Part shown: positions 21,207 to 29,519 of the stretch, piece by piece | Layout of the letters: every line of letters begins with the position of its first letter | Numbering within the stretch: position 1 is the stretch's first letter | Assembly: GCA_040878265.1 (NCBI GenBank) | Contig: JBBDMP010000004.1 | Location: 1-44,317 of the forward strand | Reading direction: 5' to 3' | Length of the DNA stretch: 44,317 bases | Origin: Gaiellales bacterium | GTDB lineage: Bacteria > Actinomycetota > Thermoleophilia > Gaiellales > Gaiellaceae | The notes under the pieces: model-generated | Told to the model about the DNA's origin: nothing | Seen by the model: the letters and a program-made list of their open reading frames with translations, nothing else | Databases searched by the model: none | Position numbers and translations under genes: made by a program

Positions 21207-22667
21207 CTACTGGTCGGTTCGCTCCAGGATCCAGAGTCCCGTGTTCATGTCGCTCGCGTAGCCGTAGCCGGTTTCCTCGTCGGTGACGATGCCCCAGACC
21301 TGCGGCATCTGCGACAGGACGCCGCGCTGCGCCGGCTTGACAGGGTTCTGGCCGGCCGGCGGGACGAAGAAAGCCACCTCGTGCGGTCTCGTCGGGTCGC
21401 TGGCGTCGACGACTCGGACGCCGTCCGAGTACCAGGAGATCCACACGTCCTCACCGACGAGCCAGTTGTTGTGGATCGTGTAGTCGCCGGATCCCGTCGG
21501 GCCGCCCGTGATCGAGTTCGGCGTCCGGAACTCGCCGATCTGTCGAGGCGCTGCCAGGTTCGAGTAGTCCCACACCCGCATGTAGCCGTTGCCTCCCTCG
21601 ATGCCCGGACCGGAGTTCTTGCAGAAGTCCTCGTCCGCGCTGAAGAGGAGCTTGCGCTCGTCGTCGTACATCGAGGAATGGGCATCCCCATCGGCATTCG
21701 CCGGGAACACCGCGCGACCTCGGAAGACCGGATTGGTGGGGCTCGTGACGTCGATGGCCACGTAGCCGCTGTCCCAGTAGGCGATGAAGGCGAGCTTGCC
21801 GTCGAGCGACGGCTCGATCCCGTGGCCGTAGACGCCGTCGGCGTCGCAGCCCTGGCCTGCCGCCGGCTGGAGGCCGCGGCTGAGGAAGCCCCAGTGCGAC
21901 TTGAGCTTGGGCATGGTCGGGTTCGTGATGTCGATCAGCCGGAACGGGCCACGCCCGGCCCTGTCCTCCCGGCCGGAGGGGGAGCTCGAGTCGGGCTCCT
22001 CCGCGGTCGGGTCAGTGGCGTAGGCGAAGGTCTTGCCCAGGTCGGAACGGTGCTCGATCTCGAACTCGTGCAATCCGCGCGTGCAGCAGCCGAAGCTCAG
22101 GAAGCCCAGCTTCTTCGGCTCCCGCGGATTGTTGACGTTCCAGAGCATGAGCCCGCGCGGGATCGAGCTGTCGAACCGCGAGCCGCCGCAGACCTGGATC
22201 CCGGCCGCGGCGATGTCCTTGCCCGCCCACGCTCCGAACCGAGCGGTATAGACGACAACGTCCTCGGCCGACGTCCCGGGTGGGTTGACAAGACGCGAGA
22301 CCATTCGCGGATTCTCCGGGTCGCGGGCGTCGACAACCGCGACGCCGTTCTTCGGGTCAGAGGGGCAGAAACGGGTCTTGCTCCCGCTGGACCAGTCCGT
22401 GAAGCCCCAGTGGCCGACGTAGGCGTAGCCCTCGTGCTCCCAGACGTCGGCGTTGAAGCCGCGGCCGCCGAGGTCCGTGTGGCCGACGACCCGCATGTTC
22501 TTCATCTCCGCGGCTTTCTGGCCGCCCGAGTAGGTCTTGTTCATCTGCTGCAGGAAGTGCCTCTCGTCCTTCAAGAGCTCGCTCCTGTTCGTAGGAGCGG
22601 TGAAGGCGATGGCCGCGAGCGCGAGCGCCGCGGAGGCGGCGACCGCGGCAGTCCAGAACTTCCGCAT
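21207..22667 (-). CDS. Secreted LVIVD-repeat (beta-propeller) protein
   Basis: Signal peptide MRKFWTAAVAASAALALAAIAF. Recurrent h-x-h-h-D-h-s-x-P-x-x-P units (AVVDARDPENP, LWNVNNPREP, RLIDITNPTMP, VAIDVTSPTNP, VRVVDASDPTRP). The opposite-strand 551-aa ORF is Arg/Val/Asp-biased and is rejected. Confidence 0.8.
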   Translation of the reverse strand: MRKFWTAAVAASAALALAAIAFTAPTNRSELLKDERHFLQQMNKTYSGGQKAAEMKNMRVVGHTDLGGRGFNADVWEHEGYAYVGHWGFTDWSSGSKTRFCPSDPKNGVAVVDARDPENPRMVSRLVNPPGTSAEDVVVYTARFGAWAGKDIAAAGIQVCGGSRFDSSIPRGLMLWNVNNPREPKKLGFLSFGCCTRGLHEFEIEHRSDLGKTFAYATDPTAEEPDSSSPSGREDRAGRGPFRLIDITNPTMPKLKSHWGFLSRGLQPAAGQGCDADGVYGHGIEPSLDGKLAFIAYWDSGYVAIDVTSPTNPVFRGRAVFPANADGDAHSSMYDDERKLLFSADEDFCKNSGPGIEGGNGYMRVWDYSNLAAPRQIGEFRTPNSITGGPTGSGDYTIHNNWLVGEDVWISWYSDGVRVVDASDPTRPHEVAFFVPPAGQNPVKPAQRGVLSQMPQVWGIVTDEETGYGYASDMNTGLWILERTDQ

Positions 22668-22847
22668 GCTGTTCCCCCTCCCTCTCCGCTGATGGTGCGC
22701 GGCAATTCTTCAGCACGGCGCCATAGGTTTCAAGGGCACGAGAGGGGCGCCGTCGCGAGACGCGAAAGAGATTTCCCTGCTCACGCGGGGAAACTAGTCA
22801 GAAGCATAGTTGCCGTGCGTCCCCTCCGTGGCCGATGATAAGTTCCA

Positions 22848-23063
22848 GTGGACGCGATCTTGCCCAGTCTCCTGAAAACCCCTTACGAGGAGCCGGAGAT
22901 CCTCGACTTCGGCTCGATTGCGGACCATACGTTCCTGCGCTGCGGGGGGACCGGCGTGAACGGCGGGGGACATACGCCTCCAAAGGACTTCCCGTATCCG
23001 CCCGCCTACCACCTCGACAAGTTCGGGGAGTGCTCAGCTCTAGCGCTGGCCGTCTCGCCCTGA
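22848..23063 (+). CDS. Putative RiPP precursor with a lasso-type leader and an atypical 42-aa core (module 1)
   Basis: GTG start; the in-frame stop TAA at 22839-22841 prevents any longer N-terminus. Residues 13-29, YEEPEILDFGSIADHTF, match the Y-x2-P-x-L-x3-G-x5-T-x lasso leader motif. They also align with the module-2 precursor leader YEKPEVKDYGDLRELTA. First gene of the exporter/B1/C/K/B2 operon. No obvious Shine-Dalgarno sequence. Confidence 0.6.
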   Translation: MDAILPSLLKTPYEEPEILDFGSIADHTFLRCGGTGVNGGGHTPPKDFPYPPAYHLDKFGECSALALAVSP

Positions 23064-24082
23064 GCGGGAGCGCTGCGCCAGGGCCGGGGGTCGACCAGCG
23101 AGAAGCTCTCGCCGAGCGCGCGGACTCCCGGGCGCCGGTCGTCGAGGTTCGTTCCGTCTTGCGGCGCTTCGGTCGTACGATCGCGCTGAACGATGTCTCC
23201 CTCGACCTCGCGGCGGGGGAGATCCATGCGCTGCTCGGTCCGAACGGGGCGGGGAAGACGACCCTACTTCGCATCCTGACGGGACTCGTGCACCCCAACG
23301 CGGGCACTGCGCGCGTCATGGGCTTCGACGCCGTCGCGAGTCCCCGAGCCCTGCGCCAGCGACTCGGGCTCGTCCCTTCGGGCGACCGTTCCTTCTACCT
23401 GCGCATCTCCGGACTCGAGAACCTGGTGTTCTTCGCGCGCCTCTACGGCATGAGGCGACGAGCAGCGGTCGCCCGCTCGAACGAGGTGCTCGAGGAGGTG
23501 GGCCTGCTCGAGGCTGCCCGCACCCGCGTCGGGCTCTACTCCCACGGAATGCAGAAGCGCCTTGCCGTCGCGCGCGCACTCTTGCCGCATCCGGCAGTGC
23601 TGGTGCTCGACGAGCCGACGCACGACCTTGATCCCCGCGCGGCGCGCGCGATCAGAGAGCTCGTCCGGGAGCTTGCCTCCTGCGGAGCCGCCGCCATCTG
23701 GGCGACGCAGCGGATCGAGGAGATCCGCGGCTTCGCGGACACCGTAACCCTTCTGCACCGCGGTGAGGTGCGCTTCAACGGCGGCGTCCCGGATCTGCTT
23801 GCCCACTCGATCCCGCGGCGCTACCTCCTCCGCGTCCGGAACGGTTCCTTCTCGGGCCGCCCGGCGGAGGCCGCCCTCAATACGGCTCTCGCCGGAGTAG
23901 GCACGATCGCCGACGCCGGCGAGAGCTCCGAGCACTATCTGCTTCAGCTCCAGCACGGTGTCATTCTCGGCGACGCGCTCAAACGCCTGACTGAGGCTAC
24001 TTTCCAGATCCTCACCTGTAGCGAGGAACGGTCGGAGCTCGAGGAGGCATTTCTTGCGCTCACGCCGGAGGGCTCCCAGTGA
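23030..24082 (+). CDS. ABC transporter ATP-binding protein
   Basis: Walker A GPNGAGKTT, signature-like SHGMQKRLAVA, Walker B VLVLDEPT. The start is uncertain. GTG 23030 is the nearest upstream canonical start before the conserved VEVRSVLRRFG strand. The track start at 22835 overlaps the precursor ORF and is unlikely. Confidence 0.85.
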   Translation: MLSSSAGRLALSGSAAPGPGVDQREALAERADSRAPVVEVRSVLRRFGRTIALNDVSLDLAAGEIHALLGPNGAGKTTLLRILTGLVHPNAGTARVMGFDAVASPRALRQRLGLVPSGDRSFYLRISGLENLVFFARLYGMRRRAAVARSNEVLEEVGLLEAARTRVGLYSHGMQKRLAVARALLPHPAVLVLDEPTHDLDPRAARAIRELVRELASCGAAAIWATQRIEEIRGFADTVTLLHRGEVRFNGGVPDLLAHSIPRRYLLRVRNGSFSGRPAEAALNTALAGVGTIADAGESSEHYLLQLQHGVILGDALKRLTEATFQILTCSEERSELEEAFLALTPEGSQ

Positions 24083-24936
24083 GCACTTTCGTCGAGCCGC
24101 TGCCCAGCCGTCTTGCGGTCCTCGTCGAGGACCTACGCAAGCTCCCGGCTTTTCTCCGCCGGGACTTCCTCGTCGCCTTGAGCTATCGGACGGCGTTCAT
24201 CTCCGACGCACTCGGTCTGTTCTTCGGCGCCTTCATCTTCTACTTCGTCGGCCTCATGGTCGATCCGACCAAGATCCCGACCTACGGAGACACCCGCGCG
24301 ACGTACATGGAGTTCGTTGCCATCGGTCTCGCGCTCGGTGTTTTCCTCCAGATCGGGCTCGGCCGGGTGGCGGCGGTCATGAACCGCGAGCAGCTCATGG
24401 GGACGCTCGAATCGCTGGTGGTCACGCCGACAGCCACCGCCACGATCCAGATCGGGTCGGTGGTCTACGACCTCATCTACATCCCGATACGGACGGCACT
24501 CTTCCTCCTCGCCATCGACGTCGGCTTCGGTCTCCACTTCCAGGCGGACGGCATTCTGCCGGCCGCCGTCATGCTTCTCTTCTTCATCCCCTTCGTGTGG
24601 GGGTTGGGCCTTGCTGCCGCGGGTGCCATGCTCACCTTCCGCCGCGGGGCGGGCGCGTTCGGACTAGGGATCGGTTTCCTGACGCTCGGATCGGGCGCAT
24701 ACTTCCCGCTCGAGCTCCTGCCCGGCTGGGTCCAGGACGTCTCCGTCGTCAACCCGATCACAGTCGCGATCGAGGGAATGCGTGAGACGCTGATCGGCGG
24801 CGTCGGCTGGTCCGGCGTCGCTACCGACCTGCTCGTGCTCGCGCCACTCTCGCTCTTCTCGCTCGTCGCCGGGGTCTTCATATTCCGGCTCGCTCAGTGG
24901 CGAGAGCGCCGTCAGGGGACCCTAGGGCTCTACTAG
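24079..24936 (+). CDS. ABC-2 type transporter permease
   Basis: 285 aa with about 6 hydrophobic segments. GTGA overlap with the ATPase stop. Confidence 0.85.
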   Translation: MSTFVEPLPSRLAVLVEDLRKLPAFLRRDFLVALSYRTAFISDALGLFFGAFIFYFVGLMVDPTKIPTYGDTRATYMEFVAIGLALGVFLQIGLGRVAAVMNREQLMGTLESLVVTPTATATIQIGSVVYDLIYIPIRTALFLLAIDVGFGLHFQADGILPAAVMLLFFIPFVWGLGLAAAGAMLTFRRGAGAFGLGIGFLTLGSGAYFPLELLPGWVQDVSVVNPITVAIEGMRETLIGGVGWSGVATDLLVLAPLSLFSLVAGVFIFRLAQWRERRQGTLGLY

Positions 24937-24940
24937 AGCG

Positions 24941-25210
24941 ATGGAGGTCACGGGCATCCAGAGGAACGGGGACGTCGCCTACCGCGAGCTCGCGTCTGGA
25001 GAGGGTGGCGTGCTGCTTCACCTCGGGACCGGCCAGTACTACGGCGTCAACCGCCTCGGCGCGGTCATCTGGAGCCTGCTCGACGGGGAGCGCACGGGGG
25101 ACGGAGTGGTCGCTGAGCTGCGGGCGCGTGTGGAAGACCCTCCACCGACGTTCATGGCGGACGTCGAGCGCTTTTTGGACGGGATGCGCCAACGTGCCCT
25201 CATCCGTTAG
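24941..25210 (+). CDS. PqqD-family protein (lasso B1 / leader-recognition element), module 1
   Basis: 89 aa. GGVLLHLGTGQYYGVNRLGAVIWSLLDGERT...VVAELRARV...FMADVERFLDGMRQRALI is a typical PqqD/RRE pattern. Confidence 0.85.
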   Translation: MEVTGIQRNGDVAYRELASGEGGVLLHLGTGQYYGVNRLGAVIWSLLDGERTGDGVVAELRARVEDPPPTFMADVERFLDGMRQRALIR

Positions 25211-25224
25211 GCAGCGGCGCCGCC

Positions 25225-27018
25225 GTGGGAGCCTTCGCCGCCGTCGCCTTCCGCTCGCGGCCTCCTGATTCAGAGGTCGTCACGCGGATGCTGGCTGCGG
25301 CCCCGCATCGGGGCGCCAGTGCGGAGGTCGTGTCGTGCGGCGACGCCGTCCTCGGCGTGAGCGGGAGTGTCGAGCTCGAGAATGCCTGGCTCGGACGGGA
25401 CAACGGCGTCGCAGCGGCGTTCGTGGGGAATCTCGACAACCGCGCCGAGCTCGCTGCTGAACTCGGCGCACCTCGGGATCACGGCCACGACGACCCTGCG
25501 AAGCTCGTGATCGCCGCGTACCGGCGGTGGGGAGAAGGCTTCCCCGCCCGGCTGCGCGGGAGCTTCAGTGGGGCCGTCGTCGACGAAAATGAGCTCGTCG
25601 CCTTCCGCGACCAGCTCGGCTTCGAGACGCTCTTCTACCGGGACGAGGAAACCGCGTTCCTCGCCGCGACGGAAGCGAAGCAGGTCGTCGCCGGAGCCGG
25701 CATTCCCCGTCGCCCCGAACTCGACGCGCTCCCGGGCATCTTCTATGGGCGTCTGCAGCCCGACCAGACGGCCCTCGAGGGCGTATACCGCTTTCCGATG
25801 GCATCGACCGCGCGAGTTGGCGCGGGGCGGCGGGCGTCCTTCCACCGTTACTGGGATCCGAGGGCGCTACTCGAGACAGCCCGGGTCTCGGACGACGAGG
25901 CACGCGAGCGGCTCGTGAAGCTGCTCGAGCGGGCGGTCGCCCGGACCGTGACGGGGAACGATGGCATCTCCCTAAGCGGCGGCGTTGATTCGCCAGCGGT
26001 GGCGGCGTTCGCCGTTTCGCCGCACATGCGGCTGGCGGGCCGGCCCCCGCTTGCCGTTTCGGCCGTCTACCCCGATCTACCGAACGTGAACGAGCTCTCG
26101 CACATCGAGGCGGTCGCGGACCTGCTCGGCCTCCCACTCCACACATACGTTCCTCATGCGAGACCGCTCGACGACGTCGCCTACTGGGTTGACGTTCTCG
26201 ACGGACCGGTCGACGTCCTCTCCGTCCCTGAGGTCGCGGAGAGCTACCGGGTGGCGCGCGCGGCGGGTGTCAGCACGGTCCTCACCGGCGAGCTCGCCGA
26301 GTACGTCTACGCGATCCGCCAGCACCTTCCCGGCCACCTGCTTCTGCACGGTCGCTGGCGGGCCTTTGCCCGCTGGGTCGACCAGGAGCGCAGCCGGGGC
26401 AGCTCTTGGCGCCGCATCGCCCGAACGCTCGCCCCCTCCGTCACCCCGTCCTTGCTCGCGACGGCGTACGTCCGCCTGCTCAAGCGCGACAACAGGCCCC
26501 TTCCCGTCTGGGTCGACCCCGCCCAAGTCGGGGGTCTCGGAAACCGGCTCGACCTGCGACGCCCGGCGCGTCGCCGGTGGAGCGAGTCGCAGCTCGACTC
26601 ATTCGGCGGCGGCGCCTCGATCAGCGTCGAGGCAGATGCGCTCTGTGCGGCGCTCTGCGGCGTGCGGGTGCGCCGGCCCCTGGCCGACATCGATCTCTGG
26701 GAGTTCTTCCTCAGCCTTCCGGCCGAGCGGAAGTTTCCCGACTCGGCGCCGAAGAGCCTCGTCCGCCAGGTCCTGCGTGGGCGGATCCCGGACACTGTGC
26801 TCGACCGGCGCGACCAGACCGTCTTCGACGACCACTACCTCGCCGCCGCCGACTATCCGGCCCTACGGCGGTGGATCCTCGACTCCGAGTACCGGCTCGA
26901 GGGAGTGGACTACAAGGTCCTCGCCGAGCGCCTGAACCGCGAGGAGATGGACGTGCACGAGCTTTCGTGGGCAAACGACCTCGCGCGGATCCACGCGTTC
27001 GTGAGCCTATGGGCGTAG
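25225..27018 (+). CDS. Asparagine-synthetase-like lasso cyclase (C), module 1
   Basis: PP-loop ISLSGGVDSPAVAAF. The N-terminus MGAFAAV lacks the glutaminase Cys2, as in lasso cyclases. 597 aa. Confidence 0.88.
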   Translation: MGAFAAVAFRSRPPDSEVVTRMLAAAPHRGASAEVVSCGDAVLGVSGSVELENAWLGRDNGVAAAFVGNLDNRAELAAELGAPRDHGHDDPAKLVIAAYRRWGEGFPARLRGSFSGAVVDENELVAFRDQLGFETLFYRDEETAFLAATEAKQVVAGAGIPRRPELDALPGIFYGRLQPDQTALEGVYRFPMASTARVGAGRRASFHRYWDPRALLETARVSDDEARERLVKLLERAVARTVTGNDGISLSGGVDSPAVAAFAVSPHMRLAGRPPLAVSAVYPDLPNVNELSHIEAVADLLGLPLHTYVPHARPLDDVAYWVDVLDGPVDVLSVPEVAESYRVARAAGVSTVLTGELAEYVYAIRQHLPGHLLLHGRWRAFARWVDQERSRGSSWRRIARTLAPSVTPSLLATAYVRLLKRDNRPLPVWVDPAQVGGLGNRLDLRRPARRRWSESQLDSFGGGASISVEADALCAALCGVRVRRPLADIDLWEFFLSLPAERKFPDSAPKSLVRQVLRGRIPDTVLDRRDQTVFDDHYLAAADYPALRRWILDSEYRLEGVDYKVLAERLNREEMDVHELSWANDLARIHAFVSLWA

Positions 27019-27923
27019 GCGGAGCGGTCAGCGGCGGAACGTGCTTCGGCTTCGAGGTCCGCTCTCCGCTTCCATTCAATTACCTTCGCGGCGGTGCCGG
27101 CGAGCCGCTCGCGATCCGGGAGCCCTCCAACGTGGCGGAGGTCACAAGGGATGACCTCGTCATCGAGTGGACGCCTACCCCGGAGCTCCCCTTCCACGCC
27201 CGGCTCTACTCGCATGAGGCCCTCTTCCGTCTCTGGATCGACGGTGCCGGGTGGTTCGAGGTCGATCCCGAGGCACGGGCGATCTCGCTGCCCGAGACGG
27301 ACAACCCGGTGCGGCGTGAGGAGCGCCTCTGGGGGATTCCGGCGATCCTCTGCTTCCTGTGGCGAGGCGACCTACCCCTCCACGCCGCCTCGGTGGAGGT
27401 CGATGGCGGCGCAATCCTCCTCTGCGCGCCGCGAACTTTCGGGAAGACCACCTTGGCCGCCGCATTCGTCCATCAGGGCTTTCGACTCCTCAGCGAGGAC
27501 GTGAGCTGTGTGCGCCTGAACGCCACGCCGAGCGTAATCCCAGGTCCTGCCATGCTGCGCCTCCGCCGGGACATAGCGGAGCGGCTGGACATTCCTCGTG
27601 CGCATCGCGTGGGAGAGCCAGACGACCGCATGCACCTCGCGCTCGACCCGGCGCAGCGGGGGAACTGCGATCCCATCCCGATCCGCGCTGTCGTCTTCCT
27701 CCGGGACGGAGACGACGAGGTCGCTCTGGAAGGTGCGCGGGCGTCTGACGCGATCCGCGATCTGTGGTCGCTCAGCTTCCGGCTCCCTTCTGACGCCGAC
27801 CGCGCTCGCTGCTTCGCCGGTGTGACAGACCTGGTAAATGCCGCGCCCGTGTGGAACCTTTCGTATCCGCGCCGCATCCACGCGTTGCGTGCCGCCGTAG
27901 AGAGAATTATCACCGATGCCTAA
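27009..27923 (+). CDS. HPr-kinase-like P-loop protein (putative precursor Ser kinase), module 1
   Basis: ATG 27009, in frame with the tail of track ORF 26406..27923. LHAASVEVDGGAILLCAPRTFGKTTLAAAFVHQGFRLLSEDVSCV mirrors the HPrK/P core H-G-x-L-V...G-x-S-G-x-G-K-S...L-x-x-D-D. Overlaps the C stop by 10 nt. Confidence 0.75.
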   Translation: MGVGGAVSGGTCFGFEVRSPLPFNYLRGGAGEPLAIREPSNVAEVTRDDLVIEWTPTPELPFHARLYSHEALFRLWIDGAGWFEVDPEARAISLPETDNPVRREERLWGIPAILCFLWRGDLPLHAASVEVDGGAILLCAPRTFGKTTLAAAFVHQGFRLLSEDVSCVRLNATPSVIPGPAMLRLRRDIAERLDIPRAHRVGEPDDRMHLALDPAQRGNCDPIPIRAVVFLRDGDDEVALEGARASDAIRDLWSLSFRLPSDADRARCFAGVTDLVNAAPVWNLSYPRRIHALRAAVERIITDA

Positions 27924-28329
27924 CGCCGCCACCCGTCCGCTTAGCCTTCCGGCGAAGGTCGAGCTCGCCCTGCGCATCTGGACGACCTTCCTCGTTGTCC
28001 AGGGCGGCATCCGCCGCCAGCCCTTGCCTGACTTCGTCGCGCAGCTGGGCGGCTCAGGACGCCAGCTGCGCGAGAGTCACTCGCCCGCGCAGCTGAGCCG
28101 GGCTGTCTACAAGAGCCTTCGGATCGGGAGTCGGCGACCGAAGTGTCTCGTCAATTCGCTTGTCCTCTTCCACTTGCTGCGGACCCAGGGCGATCCCGCC
28201 GAGCTCGTCATCGGCCTGCCCGAGGAGCCTGCCGACCACTTCGCGCATGCCTGGGTCGAAGTCGAGGGCGTCGACGTCGGTCCGCCACCGGGCCGAAACG
28301 GCCACCGCGAGCTCGCCCGCTTCCGCTGA
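27916..28329 (+). CDS. Transglutaminase-like Cys protease (lasso B2 leader peptidase), module 1
   Basis: 137 aa. PKCLVNSLVLFHLL (catalytic Cys) ... DHFAHAWVEVEGVDV (His) is a typical lasso B2 core. Confidence 0.88.
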   Translation: MPNAATRPLSLPAKVELALRIWTTFLVVQGGIRRQPLPDFVAQLGGSGRQLRESHSPAQLSRAVYKSLRIGSRRPKCLVNSLVLFHLLRTQGDPAELVIGLPEEPADHFAHAWVEVEGVDVGPPPGRNGHRELARFR

Positions 28330-29411
28330 TGACGAGCGCGAGCTACGCGGCCGAGGAGGTGTTGGGAAGCGACGACATCTGGACGGGCGTCGGGCGGGTG
28401 ATCGACCGGGCTCCCAGCCTGGCGCACCTGCGCAGGCACCGGCTTCACCTTCTCGCCGCCCACAGATGGCGCTCGCTCGGGCGGCCGCTCCCGCCCGAGC
28501 TCGCGGACGACGAGCGGCGTGCCGCCATGGCGGCACTTGCTGTGCCCATCCTGCTCGAGCGGGTGCGAGCGGGCTGCGACGATCCCGTCATCGTCTTCAA
28601 GGGCCCTGAGGTCGCGGCGCGCTATCCAAACCCCGCACTGCGCGATTTCGTCGATCTCGACATCCTCGTCCCCGATGCCGCTCAGGCGCAACGGTCTCTC
28701 ATCGAAGCCGGCTTCCGTGAGTTCGGCGATCCGGAGCTGTACGTCGACATCCATCATCTGCGCCCGCTCTTCTCGGCCCCCCTGCAGCTGCGGGTCGAGG
28801 TGCACAGCGCGCCCAAGTGGCTCGACGAGCTCGAGCCGCCGCCGGCCAGCGAGCTCTTCTCCGGGGCTGTTCCGAGCGCGACCGGCGTTGAAGGGATCCT
28901 GGCGCTCCCGCCGGCTCAGCACGCGGTCGTCCTGGCCGTGCACTCCTGGGCCCACGAGCCGCTTGCGCGCCTCGGCCACCTGGTCGACATCGCGGCGATT
29001 TTGGACGGCACCGATCGCAACGCGGCGGCCGAGATCGCAGGCGCCTGGGGCGTGCGCAGTCTCTGGGACACGACGCTCGACGTCGCCGACGCGGTCTTCC
29101 TGGGCAGGCGCGGGCGAGCGGGCGTCCTCAACGTCTGGGCGCGCCATCTCCGCGCGGCGCGCGAGCGGACGGTGTTCGAGCATCACGTCGAGCGCTGGAT
29201 GTCGGGGTTCTGGGCCCTCCCGGCGGGCAAGGCGGCCCGGCAGACGGCAGAGGAACTCTGGTGGGATATCAGGCCCACCCCGGGAGAGTCGTGGCGGCGA
29301 AAGCTCTCCCGCACGGGACGGGCCTTCCGCGACGCGTTCGTCCCGCGCTCGGAACACGACCGGGCGCTCGGCCCCGAAGCGTCCCGCCGTCGCGACCGCC
29401 CGTCCGTCTGA
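28329..29411 (+). CDS. Uncharacterised nucleotidyltransferase-family protein (type found in kinase-containing lasso clusters)
   Basis: ATG 28329 with a TGATG overlap. VIVFKGPEVAARYPNPALRDFVDLDILVPDAAQAQ carries the h-K-G...R-x-x-x-D-h-D-h-L-V polymerase-beta-like NTase motif. Confidence 0.75.
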   Translation: MTSASYAAEEVLGSDDIWTGVGRVIDRAPSLAHLRRHRLHLLAAHRWRSLGRPLPPELADDERRAAMAALAVPILLERVRAGCDDPVIVFKGPEVAARYPNPALRDFVDLDILVPDAAQAQRSLIEAGFREFGDPELYVDIHHLRPLFSAPLQLRVEVHSAPKWLDELEPPPASELFSGAVPSATGVEGILALPPAQHAVVLAVHSWAHEPLARLGHLVDIAAILDGTDRNAAAEIAGAWGVRSLWDTTLDVADAVFLGRRGRAGVLNVWARHLRAARERTVFEHHVERWMSGFWALPAGKAARQTAEELWWDIRPTPGESWRRKLSRTGRAFRDAFVPRSEHDRALGPEASRRRDRPSV

Positions 29412-29519
29412 GCCGACCGGGCGCGCGCCCGAGAATCGACCTAGCCGTTCGGACAGGACGGGTTCAGAATCGCAGGCCCGCCCTCGTCCTCGCACGGCGA
29501 CGGCGATAAGGTTGCCTGA

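Noticed and set aside
21183-22838. 551-aa plus-strand ORF opposite the LVIVD-repeat gene
   Set aside because: Val/Arg/Asp/Ala-biased with no motifs. The minus-strand frame has a signal peptide and regular LVIVD-type repeats.
21154-22847. Integrase, att repeat or IS element next to tRNA-Pro
   Set aside because: No integrase- or transposase-like ORF and no visible copy of the tRNA 3' end were found. The island idea is therefore kept only as a low-confidence observation.
22668-22847. Promoter for the module-1 precursor (TTGCCG at 22810-22815; TAAGTT at 22839-22844)
   Set aside because: No -35/-10 pair with acceptable spacing could be assembled, and the TAAGTT box lies only 3 nt from the GTG. 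This is too weak to report as a feature.
29441-29519. Minus-strand Cys/Pro-containing peptide tail (...SPSPCEDEGGPAILNPSCPNG) in the gap between the two modules, considered as a hidden precursor
   Set aside because: There is no ATG/GTG/TTG start within the intergenic part. The frame only stays open by running antisense into the LuxR gene, and it has no leader motif.
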